Positions 1-9,474 are shown, counted from the stretch's first letter. The stretch is DNA of 35,610 nt from an uncultured bacterium (GCA_964637655.1 CAZWUZ010000007.1:1-35610), one strand, 5' to 3'. Numbers and translations: made by a program. The notes: generated from the letters alone by a model not told the origin.

Positions 1-1
1 G

Positions 2-1243
2 GACAACCGCCAGTTCTCGCTGGCGGGGACGACGGGGCGGACCAGCGAACTGCGCGAGTTTCTCAAGGAAGCGTACGAAAAAATCTCCGGGCGGATGACC
101 GACTACCGCATCCCGCCGGCGAAGCGCAACGAACTGATCCAGCAGACGATCGACGAAATCGAGGGGAGCGGCCCGCTCGAGCCGCTGCTGGCCGACCCGT
201 CGATCAGCGAAATCATGGTCAACGGCCCGCGGCGCATTTTCGTCGAGCAGAAGGGCAAGCTGGTCTTCCGCCCCGACATCAAGTTTCTCGATGACACGCA
301 CCTGCTCAACATCATCGCGCGCATCGTCAACCGCATCGGCCGGCGCATCGATTTCAGCAACCCGCACGTCGACGCGCGTCTGGCAGACGGGTCGCGCGTG
401 CACGCTATCATCCCGCCGCTGGCGCTCGACGGCTGCGTGCTGACCATCCGCAAATTCAGCCAGAACCGCGTGGTGATGGAAGACCTCGTGGCGTGGGGGG
501 CGCTGACCCCCGACATGTCCTACTTCCTCGGGGCCGGGGTCAAGGCACGGCTCAACATTTTCGTCGCCGGGGGCACCGGCACGGGCAAGACCACCTTTCT
601 CAACATGCTGTCGACGCTCATCCCGGGCGGGCAGCGCATTGTCACCATTGAGGATTCCGCGGAACTGCGCATCCACGAGGTGCATCCGCACGTCATCCGC
701 CTCGAGACGCGTTCCACCAACGCGGAAGGCAAGGGCGAAATCAGCATTCGCGACCTGGTGCGCGACGCGCTGCGCATGCGCCCCGACCGCATCATCGTCG
801 GCGAATGCCGCGGCGCCGAGGTCATCGACATGCTGCAGGCGATGAACACGGGGCATGACGGTTCGATGTCGACCGCGCACGCCAACTCGGCGCAGGAGAT
901 GCTGCTGCGCCTCGAAACGATGTTTCTCATGGGGAGCGTGCACCTCCCTGCGGAAGCCATCCGCCGGCAGATTTCCTCCGCGCTCGACATCGTCGTCCAC
1001 CTCAAGCGCTACGCCGACGGCACCCGCCGCGTGGCGGAGATCTGCGAGGTCACCGGCATGAACGCCACCGGCGAGATCACCATCCGCCCGCTCTTCTGGT
1101 ACGAGGTGACGGGGCGGGGCGATGACGGGAAAGTGCTCGGCGCATTCCGCGCCGCGGCGGAACCCCCGCATTTCATCTACAAGTTCGAAGCGGAAGGGAT
1201 GAATTTCCCCTCAGATATCTTCACCGGCGGCATCAGTTCGTAG
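2..1243 (+). CDS. cpaF: CpaF/TadA family pilus assembly ATPase, 5'-truncated by window edge
   Basis: Frame is open from position 2. Motifs GPLEPLLADPSISEIMVNG, VDARLADGSRV, Walker A GGTGTGKTT, TIEDSAEL, LRMRPDRIIVGECRG, His box GHDGSMSTAH. Confidence 0.93.
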   Translation, partial: DNRQFSLAGTTGRTSELREFLKEAYEKISGRMTDYRIPPAKRNELIQQTIDEIEGSGPLEPLLADPSISEIMVNGPRRIFVEQKGKLVFRPDIKFLDDTHLLNIIARIVNRIGRRIDFSNPHVDARLADGSRVHAIIPPLALDGCVLTIRKFSQNRVVMEDLVAWGALTPDMSYFLGAGVKARLNIFVAGGTGTGKTTFLNMLSTLIPGGQRIVTIEDSAELRIHEVHPHVIRLETRSTNAEGKGEISIRDLVRDALRMRPDRIIVGECRGAEVIDMLQAMNTGHDGSMSTAHANSAQEMLLRLETMFLMGSVHLPAEAIRRQISSALDIVVHLKRYADGTRRVAEICEVTGMNATGEITIRPLFWYEVTGRGDDGKVLGAFRAAAEPPHFIYKFEAEGMNFPSDIFTGGISS

Positions 1244-1280
1244 TCCCCGCCTCCCTCCCTGCGCACAGCAACTTCATTTT

Positions 1281-1355
1281 TACCACAGAGCACACGGAGC
1301 GCACGGAGAACGTCTCCATCCCTTGCACCGCAGAGCACACAGAGCACGCAGAGAA
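1281..1355 (+). repeat. Two direct copies of a (C/T)ACC(G/A)CAGAGCACAC(A/G)GAG repeat
   Basis: TACCACAGAGCACACGGAGCGCACGGAGAA at 1281-1310 and CACCGCAGAGCACACAGAGCACGCAGAGAA at 1326-1355. The latter is identical to 3155-3184. Confidence 0.9.
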
Positions 1356-1442
1356 AAGCCAAACAAGCAATGAACGGTTGGCCCTGCGGGCAGCACCTGC
1401 AGCAGCGCAAGGTGCGTCTGACAATCTCTTTATACGGCAGTG

Positions 1443-1465
1443 GTAGCCGCACGCTTCAGCGTGCG
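1443..1465 (+). repeat. GTAG-type REP-like palindrome
   Basis: GTAG-C followed by hairpin CGCACGC-TTCA-GCGTGCG; single copy in the window. Confidence 0.55.
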
Positions 1466-1527
1466 CGAAAACAAAGGGAAACTGCCGCGGTACAAGCCGT
1501 GTAGCTATTCAGCCGATCGTCGCTGTT

Positions 1528-1616
1528 CCCTCTCCCACCGGGAGGGGGTGCAGGGTGAGGGCAGGTTTGCGGTTCCCCTCCTGCCGCTGCGCGGCTTCCT
1601 CGCCCAAGGGGAGAGG
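1528..1616. repeat. Inverted pair of CCCTCTCCC...GGGAGAGG palindromic repeats
   Basis: CCCTCTCCCACCGGGAGGGGGTGCAGGGTGAGGG (1528-1561) and degenerate inverted partner CCCCTC...CCTCGCCCAAGGGGAGAGG (1575-1616). Same layout at 17788-17895. Confidence 0.75.
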
Positions 1617-1738
1617 AGAAACATGTAAACAGACGGGCTGAACGGTTGCAAAACCGTAAGGTTTTATCGTTATCGGCACCGGTCAGTGACTGACGACAGG
1701 CGGCAGCAGAGCAGCGGCGCCAACGACGGGCCGCAGGC

Positions 1739-1760
1739 GCTCTGCGTGCTCTGTGGTGAA
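1739..1760 (-). repeat. Inverted partial copy of the CACCACAGAGCACGCAGAG repeat
   Basis: GCTCTGCGTGCTCTGTGGTGAA, matching 3391-3412. Confidence 0.85.
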
Positions 1761-1790
1761 TACTTACTGCTTTTCCATGGCACCAGTGTT

Positions 1791-2417
1791 TCAGGGCATA
1801 CGGGCAGCGGTGTGCTCGTCGCGGAGGCGGGTAATGGCGGCCATAACCGCATCGACCGCCTGCTGGCACTGTTCCTTGGCGGGGTTTTCCGTCAACGGGA
1901 AGGTGAGCGGCTCGCCGTAGCGGATGGTGAGCTTTACCGGGCGCGGGAAAACGCCCCCCGGGGGATACGCGCGGAAATTGCCGTCGATGTAGGCGGGGAC
2001 CACCGGAATGCCGGTACGCAGGAAGAGTTTGCCCACTCCCGCCTTGCCCGTGCCGAGTGCGCCCGTGCGCGTGCGCGTCCCCTCGGGGAAGACGCAGACG
2101 CAGCCGCCATCCTGCGCCAGTTGTATCGCCTGCTCCTCGAGTTCGCGGTTGACCCCGCCGCGACGGATGAAAAGGGTGCGGCAGGCGACCATCCAGCGCC
2201 CGATAAGGGGCCAGTCGCGCAGTTCGCGCTTGGCGATGAACGAGACGCGGTGGGGGCCGGCATAGGAGCCGAGGAGCGGCGGATCGAGATAGCTGCCGTG
2301 GCTCGAGGCGATGAAGATGCCCGTCGCCGGGATGCGCTCCTCGCCGAGAATCGTGATGCGGTGCCAGAGCCGCGCATAGGTGCGCACGATGGCGCGGCTG
2401 ACGTCGTAGATGATCAT
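1791..2417 (-). CDS. plsC: 1-acyl-sn-glycerol-3-phosphate acyltransferase
   Basis: SHGSYLDPP, FIAKREL, FPEGTR, VPAYI motifs; ATGA overlap with the cmk stop. Confidence 0.9.
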   Translation of the reverse strand: MIIYDVSRAIVRTYARLWHRITILGEERIPATGIFIASSHGSYLDPPLLGSYAGPHRVSFIAKRELRDWPLIGRWMVACRTLFIRRGGVNRELEEQAIQLAQDGGCVCVFPEGTRTRTGALGTGKAGVGKLFLRTGIPVVPAYIDGNFRAYPPGGVFPRPVKLTIRYGEPLTFPLTENPAKEQCQQAVDAVMAAITRLRDEHTAARMP

Positions 2418-3088
2418 GCGGTTTTCGCCGCGACGATGGCCGCCAGGTTGTCGACCACCTGGTCGATACCCAGTCCATCCGTGATAACCAGCACCGCGTC
2501 ATCCGCCATGCGCAGCGGCGAATCCTCGCGGGTCGAATCGATATGGTCGCGCCGCTCGATCTCCGCCTTCACCTGCGCCGCGTCGAACGGCAGGTGCTTC
2601 TCCCGCAGTTCCAGCGAGCGGCGGCGGGTACGCTCGTCCACAGTCGCCTCAAGGTAAATCTTCACCTCGGCGTCCGGGAAGACGACCGTGCCGATGTCAC
2701 GCCCCTCCATGACCACGCCACCCGCCCGTCCCATCTGCTGCTGCAGGGCGACGAGACGGCGGCGCACGCCGGGTATCGCCGCCACCGGGGAGAGATGCGG
2801 GTTGAGGCGCGGATTGCGGATGTCCCTGCTGACGTCGCGCCCGTCGAGCAGCACCTGCGTTTCGTGGTCGACATTGCGCAGCTCGATGGTGCATCCTTCG
2901 GCCACCGCGGTCAGCGCCGCCGGGTCGTTCATATCGGCTCCGCCATCGAGCGCCTTGAGCGTGACGGCGCGGTACATCGCCCCGGTATCGATGAACAGGA
3001 AGCCGAGTTTCTTCGCCAGCAGTTTCGTCACCGTGCTCTTGCCCGAGCCCGCGGGCCCGTCAATTGCCACGATCGGTTTACGCGTCAT
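2414..3088 (-). CDS. cmk: Cytidylate kinase
   Basis: AIDGPAGSGKST, DTGAMYRA, VMEGRDIGTVVFPDA, RRDHIDSTR. Confidence 0.97.
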   Translation of the reverse strand: MTRKPIVAIDGPAGSGKSTVTKLLAKKLGFLFIDTGAMYRAVTLKALDGGADMNDPAALTAVAEGCTIELRNVDHETQVLLDGRDVSRDIRNPRLNPHLSPVAAIPGVRRRLVALQQQMGRAGGVVMEGRDIGTVVFPDAEVKIYLEATVDERTRRRSLELREKHLPFDAAQVKAEIERRDHIDSTREDSPLRMADDAVLVITDGLGIDQVVDNLAAIVAAKTA

Positions 3089-3154
3089 GTTCTTCTCCCC
3101 GACTTTTTTTCACTTACAGCACACCACGTCAACAACAGAACAGCAACGGCCTTT

Positions 3155-3412
3155 CACCGCAGAGCACACAGAGCACGCAGAGAACTGCAATGATACCGCC
3201 CCATGCTGGTCCCGCTTTCGCGGGACAACTGCCGGCACAGCAAAGACATTTTACCACGGAGCACACGGAGAACCGCAATCATACCACCCCATAACGCCTG
3301 TCCCGCTACCGCGGGACAACTGCTCATGCGGTATGTTCCTGCGGTTGCCTGACTCCCCCGTGTTCACCACCATTGCTGCCGTCTCTGTGTGCTCTGCGTG
3401 CTCTGTGGTGAA
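3155..3412. repeat. Composite intergenic repeat: two diverged tandem units plus an inverted CACC(A/G)CAGAG copy
   Basis: Units 3155-3232 and 3252-3323 each have the CACC/TACC-CAGAG repeat, GAGAAC(T/C)GCAAT(G/C)ATACC(G/A)CCCCAT and hairpin GTCCCGC-N4-GCGGGACAACTGC; inverted copy at 3382-3412. Confidence 0.88.
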
Positions 3413-3422
3413 CGCCCCGGTT

Positions 3423-4676
3423 TCAACCGCACCGCCAGGCGCGGAAGAGGTCGCCAAAGCCCGGGAACGAGGTCTGGATGTGTTCATCGCTCCCCGGCAC
3501 GGTGATATCCCCGTCGCTGATAATATTGGCCATGAGCAGGGTCATGGCGATACGGTGGTCATAATCGCAGGCGCCGGCTCCACCGCGGAAACGCTGCGGG
3601 CCGCGCACGACAAATCCGTCCGGCAGTTCCTCCACCGTCACCCCGCGCTGCGCGAATTCACGCGCGACCACCGCGATACGGTCAGATTCCTTGACGCGCA
3701 GTTCATGCGCCCCGGTGACGCGCGTCTCGCCCTCCGCACCGGCAGCGGCCAGCGCCAGCACGGGGAGTTCGTCGATGAGCCGCGGGATTTCGTCGCCGCC
3801 GATGGTGGTGCCGTGCAGGGCCGACGGCCGTACCACGATGTCGCCGACCTCCTCACCCGCCGCCGTACGCTGGTTTTCCACCTGCAGGTCGGCGCCCATG
3901 CGGCGCAGGACATCGATGACCCCGGTGCGCGTCGGGTTGAGCCCGACCCCGGTGAGGCGGGTGGCCGGGCCGCCGAGGGCAGACCCGACGAGAAAGAACG
4001 CCGCCGAGGAGATATCGCCGGGGACGGTGATCTCCCCGGGCGCAGTCAGTTCCGCACGCTGCACTTCGAGCCGCCCGTCACGTTCCGCCAGCGGCACGCC
4101 AAACCCGCGCAGCATGCGCTCGGTATGGTCACGCGACAGCGCGGGCTCGCGCAGCGAGGTGATGCCGTCCGCCTGCAGCCCGGCGAGCAGCAGCGCGCTC
4201 TTGACCTGCGCGCTCGCCGTGGGCAGGTCGTAGCGGATGCCGTGCAGCGAGCCGCCCTGCACGGTCAGCGGCAGGTTATCACTACCGGCGAGACCGGCGA
4301 ACGTCGCGCCCATCTGCCCGAGCGGGCCGATGACGCGGCGCATCGGGCGGCGACTGAGCGACGGGTCGCCCGTCAGGGTGACGGGAAAGGGGCGCCCGGC
4401 GAGGACGCCGAGCAGCAGGCGCGTACTCGTCCCCGAGTTACCGAGATAGATGTCGCCCTCAGGACGGCGCAGGCCGTCAAACCCGGCCCCGGTGATGGCC
4501 AGCGTACCGCCGTCGCGTTCGATGGCGACCCCGAGCGCCTGCAGCGCCTGCAGGGTGTGCAGCGTGTCGCCCGCCTGCAGGAAATTGCGCACGCGGGTCG
4601 TGCCGCGCGCCAGCGCCCCGAAAAGGACGCTGCGATGCGAGATCGACTTGTCGCCGGGAACGGTGATGGTCTTCAT
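3423..4676 (-). CDS. aroA: 3-phosphoshikimate 1-carboxyvinyltransferase (EPSP synthase)
   Basis: VPGDKSISHR, LGNSGTSTR, SAQVKSA, RDHTERML, ELRVKESDRI, DHRIAM. Start placed at MKTITV (4676), just after the tyrA stop. Confidence 0.96.
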   Translation of the reverse strand: MKTITVPGDKSISHRSVLFGALARGTTRVRNFLQAGDTLHTLQALQALGVAIERDGGTLAITGAGFDGLRRPEGDIYLGNSGTSTRLLLGVLAGRPFPVTLTGDPSLSRRPMRRVIGPLGQMGATFAGLAGSDNLPLTVQGGSLHGIRYDLPTASAQVKSALLLAGLQADGITSLREPALSRDHTERMLRGFGVPLAERDGRLEVQRAELTAPGEITVPGDISSAAFFLVGSALGGPATRLTGVGLNPTRTGVIDVLRRMGADLQVENQRTAAGEEVGDIVVRPSALHGTTIGGDEIPRLIDELPVLALAAAGAEGETRVTGAHELRVKESDRIAVVAREFAQRGVTVEELPDGFVVRGPQRFRGGAGACDYDHRIAMTLLMANIISDGDITVPGSDEHIQTSFPGFGDLFRAWRCG

Positions 4677-4683
4677 GGACTGC

Positions 4684-5769
4684 CTACCACGGACGGACCG
4701 TGATGCCGCCGGCGCGGAGTTCGGTGATGGCGCGGTCGCGTTCATCCTGGCGGAGGAACGAGAGGCGGATGGAGCCCTCGCACCCCTCGCGCACCTTGAG
4801 CACCTCGATATCGATGATGTTGAGCCCCTTGCCGGCGAGCAGCGCGGTGATGCGCGCGAGCACGCCCGGCTTGTCGGGGACAGTCATCAGCGCGTCATAG
4901 GTGGCCCCGACGAGGCCGCGGGCACTCTTCGGCAGCCCGTCGCGGATTTCGCGCGCCCGCACGAGTGCCTGCTCGACCGCGACATCGTCGCCGTCAGCCA
5001 GCTGCGCGCGCAGGCGGTCGAGCACGCTGCGGAAGCGGTCGACCTGCGCGAGGAGTTCATCGCGGTTGGCGGCGAAGATGCCGCGCCAGAGGGCGGGGTC
5101 GCCTGAGGCGATGCGTGTCACGTCACGGAATCCGCCGGCGGCAAGCCCGAGCGCCTGCTCCCCGTTCTCCGCCGCGGCAAGCACCAGCGCCGAGGCGAGC
5201 AGGTGCGGCAAATGGCTGACCGCGGCAACCGCGGTATCATGCGCGGCGGGGTCGAGGCGCAGCGTGCGCGACCCGGCGGTATGCCAGAGCGATTCGACCG
5301 CTGCCACCGCCTCGACCGGTTCATCCCCGACCGGCGTGACGACTGTAAGCGCATTTTCGTAGAGGAGCGGGTCGGCCGCCTCGTGCCCGCGCCGCTCGGA
5401 GCCGGTCATCGGGTGCGAGCCGACGAAGGTGCAGCCGGTGGGGAGCAGCGGGCGGAGCGTTTCAACCACCGGACGCTTGACGCTGCCGACATCGGTGACG
5501 ATGCAGCCGGCGGGGAGGCCCGGCGCGCAGGCGCGCAGCGCGTCGGCCATCCGCTCGACGGGGAGCGCCAGCACGAGGAGCTGCGCGTCACGCACCCCGG
5601 CCGCAGGGTCGGTCGTGACGGTATGCGCGGCACCCGCCTCACGCGCTGCAGCCAGCCGCGCCGCGTCGCGCCCGATACCCGTCACCTGCACCCCCGGCAG
5701 ACGCTGGCGCAGGGCGAGCCCGAGCGACGCTCCCATCAGCCCGAGCCCGTAGATGGCAATGCGCTTCAC
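4684..5769 (-). CDS. tyrA: Prephenate/arogenate dehydrogenase with C-terminal ACT domain
   Basis: GLGLMGASL Rossmann motif, TDVGSVK, GSHPMTGSE, HDTAVAAVSHLPH, GFRDVTRIA; ACT motif VPDKPGVLA. GTG start overlaps the pheA stop (GTGA). Confidence 0.93.
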   Translation of the reverse strand: MKRIAIYGLGLMGASLGLALRQRLPGVQVTGIGRDAARLAAAREAGAAHTVTTDPAAGVRDAQLLVLALPVERMADALRACAPGLPAGCIVTDVGSVKRPVVETLRPLLPTGCTFVGSHPMTGSERRGHEAADPLLYENALTVVTPVGDEPVEAVAAVESLWHTAGSRTLRLDPAAHDTAVAAVSHLPHLLASALVLAAAENGEQALGLAAGGFRDVTRIASGDPALWRGIFAANRDELLAQVDRFRSVLDRLRAQLADGDDVAVEQALVRAREIRDGLPKSARGLVGATYDALMTVPDKPGVLARITALLAGKGLNIIDIEVLKVREGCEGSIRLSFLRQDERDRAITELRAGGITVRPW

Positions 5770-6872
5770 AGCCGGTCCTGCGGGTAGGACCCAAGCACGC
5801 GGAAAAAGGTCGCCTGCCCGCGCAGGCGCGCGAGTGCGCGCTTCACCTTCGGCTCCTGCATCCCGCCGTCGAGATCGATGAAGAAAATATACTCCCACGC
5901 CTTGCGGCGGGTAGGACGCGATTCAATCCGCGTCATGTTGACCTTCTCGCGCTGGAAGGGCTGCAGCGCGGCGAAAAGCGCGCCCGGGCGGTCGCCGACC
6001 GAAAAAGCCACCGAGGTCTTGTCATGCCGCGACGGGGCCGGCAGGTCGCGGCTGATGATGACGAAGCGGGTGATATTGTCGGCCCGCCCGCCGAGGTTGC
6101 CGGCAAGCACGCGCAGCCCGTAGAGCCGCGCGGCAAGTTCTCCGCAGACCGCGGCCGCGCCCTTCTCCTTCGCCGCGCGCTGCGCCGCCGCGGCGGTGCT
6201 CGACAGCGCGCGCAGTTTCGCCTGCGGCAGGTGCTTTTCCAGCCACTCGCGGCACTGGGCCAGCGCGTGGTCCTTCGAGTAGACAACCTTCACCTCGGCC
6301 AGCGTGCGCAGGTTGCCGCACAGCGTGTGGGCGACGGGGAGGTGCACCTCCCCGCTGATGACCAGGTCGGAGGCAGCCAGCAGGTCATGCGTGTGGCTGA
6401 CCATCCCCTCGGTGGAATTCTCGACGGGCACGATGCCGCAGTCGGCACGCCCGGCGGCAACCTCCTCGAACACGTCGGTCAGCGTCACCTGCGGCAGGTA
6501 CTCCGCCTCGGGCCCGAACCGCTTGAGCGCCGCGAGGTGCGTGTAGGTGGCCGCCGGCCCGAGGTAGGCGATGCGCTGCGGGCATTCGAGCAGCAGCGAG
6601 GCATTGGTGATCTCGTAGTAGATGTTGCGCAGCGCGGTGCGCGGGAATTTCCGCGCGCGCGCCGCGGCACGGTCGACCACCGCCTGCGCGCGGTCCGGGT
6701 CGTAGAAGGTGCGGCGCTCGCGGCGCTTGACCTTCCCCACCGCGCGCACCACCGACGCGCGCTCGTCCAGCAGCCGGACCAGTTTCGTGTCCAGGGTGTC
6801 GATTTTCTGCCGTAAGCCGGCCAGCGGATCCTTCGCCTTACGCTTCACTGTCGTCCTCCGCCGTTCCGTCAT
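5766..6872 (-). CDS. pheA: Bifunctional chorismate mutase / prephenate dehydratase
   Basis: LRQKIDTLD CM domain, IAYLGPAATYT, VPVENSTEG, NITRF, DKTS, TRIESRP, LGSYP. Confidence 0.95.
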   Translation of the reverse strand: MTERRRTTVKRKAKDPLAGLRQKIDTLDTKLVRLLDERASVVRAVGKVKRRERRTFYDPDRAQAVVDRAAARARKFPRTALRNIYYEITNASLLLECPQRIAYLGPAATYTHLAALKRFGPEAEYLPQVTLTDVFEEVAAGRADCGIVPVENSTEGMVSHTHDLLAASDLVISGEVHLPVAHTLCGNLRTLAEVKVVYSKDHALAQCREWLEKHLPQAKLRALSSTAAAAQRAAKEKGAAAVCGELAARLYGLRVLAGNLGGRADNITRFVIISRDLPAPSRHDKTSVAFSVGDRPGALFAALQPFQREKVNMTRIESRPTRRKAWEYIFFIDLDGGMQEPKVKRALARLRGQATFFRVLGSYPQDRL

Positions 6873-7638
6873 GGTCGCTCACCTCCGCAATCGCGCTCTC
6901 GCCGCTGTCGGGCACCCCGATGAGGCGCAGCAGCAGGGCGCGGCTGATGGGCCGCACGTCACCCTTCGGCAAATCGCCCAGGCGCAGATGCCCGTAGGCG
7001 ACGCGCTGCAGGTAGAGAATCTCGTGCCCGAGTGCGGCAAACATCCGCCGCACCTGCCGGTTGCGCCCCTCGTAGATGGTGACGAAGGTGCGGCAGGGTT
7101 CCGCCGGCGACACCGTCACCTCGGCAGGTGACGTCACCGCGTCCTCGAGCTGCACGCCCGCGCGCAGCTGCGCGCATTCCGCTTCCGTCACCGGTGCCGC
7201 GGTGTCGACGCGGTAGGTCTTGCCGACGTGGTGGCGCGGATGCATCAGGTAATTGGCGAGGTGCCCGTCATTGGTGAGGATGAGCAGCCCCTCGGTATCG
7301 AGGTCGAGCCGCCCGACGGGAAAGACCCGTTCCTTCACCCCGCGCCGCTGCGCCACGTCGATAACCGTCTTCCCCTGCCGGTTGTCGCATGAGGTCAGGC
7401 AGCCGGCGGGCTTGTTGATGAGGTAATAGACAGGGCGGCGCGGCACCGCGCGCTTGCCGCCCGCGCGCACATCGTCATGCGGCTGCACGCGCGACCCGAG
7501 CACGGTCGCCACCTGCCCGTTGACCGTCACCTTGCCCGCGGTGATGAGCGCCTCGCAGTGGCGGCGCGAGCCGACCCCGCAGCGCGCGAGGTACTTCTGC
7601 AGGCGTTCGCCGTCCGGCAGCGGGCCCGGGTCCGTCAC
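6838..7638 (-). CDS. rluB: RsuA/RluB family pseudouridine synthase
   Basis: S4 domain RLQKYLARCGVGSRR, NKPAG, PVGRLDLDTEGLLILTNDG, EGRNRQVRRM; position downstream of scpB. Confidence 0.88.
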   Translation of the reverse strand: MTDPGPLPDGERLQKYLARCGVGSRRHCEALITAGKVTVNGQVATVLGSRVQPHDDVRAGGKRAVPRRPVYYLINKPAGCLTSCDNRQGKTVIDVAQRRGVKERVFPVGRLDLDTEGLLILTNDGHLANYLMHPRHHVGKTYRVDTAAPVTEAECAQLRAGVQLEDAVTSPAEVTVSPAEPCRTFVTIYEGRNRQVRRMFAALGHEILYLQRVAYGHLRLGDLPKGDVRPISRALLLRLIGVPDSGESAIAEVSDHDGTAEDDSEA

Positions 7639-7648
7639 GCCCGCCGCC

Positions 7649-8581
7649 TCAGTCCGCGTCCGGCGGCGCTGATTCCGCCGCCGCCGCGAGTTCCGCCTGG
7701 TCGCCGCTCCAGGTCAGATCGGCGAGCGCGCTCTCGAAAGCGGCGTCACCCGCCACCTGCGTGACCAGCGCGGCCCCGCTCTCCCCGGCCGGGCTGCTCT
7801 CGGGTGCGGTCCACAGCCCGCGCAGCTCCTCATCGGAAAGCTTGAGCGCGGCACGCCCCGCGTTCGGGTCGCCCTCGATGAGGCGATCCTTCTCCTTCTC
7901 CGTGACCGTGCCGATCATCTTGTCAAGTTCGTGCACCGGCGGCAGGTCGCGCAGCGACTGCAGTCCGAAATATTCGAGAAAGGCGCGCGTCGTCCCGTAG
8001 AGGAAGGGACGCCCGAGTTCCTCCTTGCGCCCGACGATCTTGATCAGCCCGCGTTCGAGCAGGGTGTGGATGACCCCGTCGGTGGCCACCCCGCGCAGCT
8101 GCTCGACCTCGGCGCGCGTCAGCGGCTGCTTGTAGGCGACAATGGCGAGCGTTTCGAGCGCCGGCGCGGTCAGGCGCATCTGCTTGTGCCGCCCGTAGAT
8201 CTTGCGGATGATCTCCGCGAATTCCGGGCGGCAGGTGATGCGGTAGCCGCCCGCCACCTCGATGATGGTCAGCCCGTGGAAGCGTTCGTACGCCTCGCGC
8301 AGTTCCTCGACCATGCAGCGGATCTCATCCTTCGTGCCGCCGGCGACGTCGCACAGGCGCTGGATACTGAGCGGCTCCTCGCTGGCGAAGATCAGCGCCT
8401 CGATGAGCGCGCGGCGGTTGCGCCAGAGGATGGCCTCCGCCGCGGGCGCGCTCTCCCCCGGCAGTCCGCTCTCCGGGGCGAAGGCGCGGGCATCCCCCTT
8501 GCGGTGCAGGACGGCGTGTACCGCCGCCGCGACGGCGCTTTCCGGCGTCGCGCTCTCGCCGGGCTGTTCGCTGGTGTTCAC
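7649..8581 (-). CDS. scpB: SMC-Scp complex subunit ScpB
   Basis: IEALIFASEEPL, LETLAIVAYKQPLTRAEVEQLRGV, GRPFLYGTTRAFLEYFGL. GTG start at 8581 overlaps the scpA stop. Confidence 0.94.
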   Translation of the reverse strand: MNTSEQPGESATPESAVAAAVHAVLHRKGDARAFAPESGLPGESAPAAEAILWRNRRALIEALIFASEEPLSIQRLCDVAGGTKDEIRCMVEELREAYERFHGLTIIEVAGGYRITCRPEFAEIIRKIYGRHKQMRLTAPALETLAIVAYKQPLTRAEVEQLRGVATDGVIHTLLERGLIKIVGRKEELGRPFLYGTTRAFLEYFGLQSLRDLPPVHELDKMIGTVTEKEKDRLIEGDPNAGRAALKLSDEELRGLWTAPESSPAGESGAALVTQVAGDAAFESALADLTWSGDQAELAAAAESAPPDAD

Positions 8582-9474
8582 GATGCGTCCCCTTCGTCCT
8601 CCGCCGGGTTGGCCCGGTGCGGATAGATGTAGATCTCCCCTTCGCCCGCCGCCTGGTGCACGCGCACCTCCTGCGTCTTCATCAGTTCGAGCAGGGCGAG
8701 GAAGGTGACAATGATCTCGAGGCGCGTGCCGCGCACGAGAAACAGTTCGGTAAAGCGGATGCACTCGACCAGCTGCAGGCGCCCGCGGATGTCATCCTGC
8801 ATCTGCTCGACCGTCACCGCCTCGCCCGGCATGACCTGCGGCAGCGTCTTGCCGACCAGTTCCATCACCTGCTTGAACGCCTTGAGCAGGTGGAAGAGCG
8901 ACACCTCCTCGAACTCGGTTTCGCCGCGCCGCACCTCGCGGTCGACGGGTGATCCCGGGTAGCGGATAAAGTCCGCCTGGCGGTCGAAGCGTTCGCGCAG
9001 TTCGCCCGCCGCGGCCTTGTAGCGCTGGTACTCGAGGAGCATGCGCGCGAGACGTTCCTGCGGGTCCTCCGCATCCTCGGGATCGAGCGGTTCGGGCGGC
9101 ACGGGGAGGAGCGAGCGCGCCTTCCAGCGCAGCAGTAAACTGCCCATCTCGAGAAACTCGCCGGCGAGGTTGAGGTCGATCTCCTCGATCACTGTCACGT
9201 ACTCGTGGTACTGCTGCGTGATCTCCGCGATGGGAATGGCATGGATGTCCATGCGGTTTTCCCGCACGAGGAAGAGCAGCAGGTCCAACGGGCCGTCGAA
9301 GACGGGGAGGCGGCAGCGGAAGGCGTTGGCCACCGCCTCGTAGCCGGCCAGCGCCGACTCCGGGAAGGCCGCCAGCGGATTATCGGCGAGGCCCGCCGCG
9401 GCGGCGGGCGCACTTTCCGCGCTGCCACACACTGCGCTTTCCGGCGGCAGCACCGGCGCGCTTTCGCCCGTCAT
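8578..9474 (-). CDS. scpA: Segregation and condensation protein A
   Basis: FDGPLDLLLFLV, IPIAEITQQY, KARSLLP, LLEYQRYK, IVTFLALLELMK. Confidence 0.94.
   Translation of the reverse strand: MTGESAPVLPPESAVCGSAESAPAAAAGLADNPLAAFPESALAGYEAVANAFRCRLPVFDGPLDLLLFLVRENRMDIHAIPIAEITQQYHEYVTVIEEIDLNLAGEFLEMGSLLLRWKARSLLPVPPEPLDPEDAEDPQERLARMLLEYQRYKAAAGELRERFDRQADFIRYPGSPVDREVRRGETEFEEVSLFHLLKAFKQVMELVGKTLPQVMPGEAVTVEQMQDDIRGRLQLVECIRFTELFLVRGTRLEIIVTFLALLELMKTQEVRVHQAAGEGEIYIYPHRANPAEDEGDAS

Noticed and set aside
3155-3323. Hairpin-containing direct repeats as a possible CRISPR array
   Set aside because: Only two units, the intervening sequences are similar to each other rather than unique spacers, and no cas genes are present.
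2688-4703. 671-aa plus-strand ORF, and similar long ORFs at 1686-2657, 10542-12029 and 13785-15551
   Set aside because: They lie antisense to clearly recognisable genes in high-GC DNA and have no recognisable motifs; shadow ORFs.
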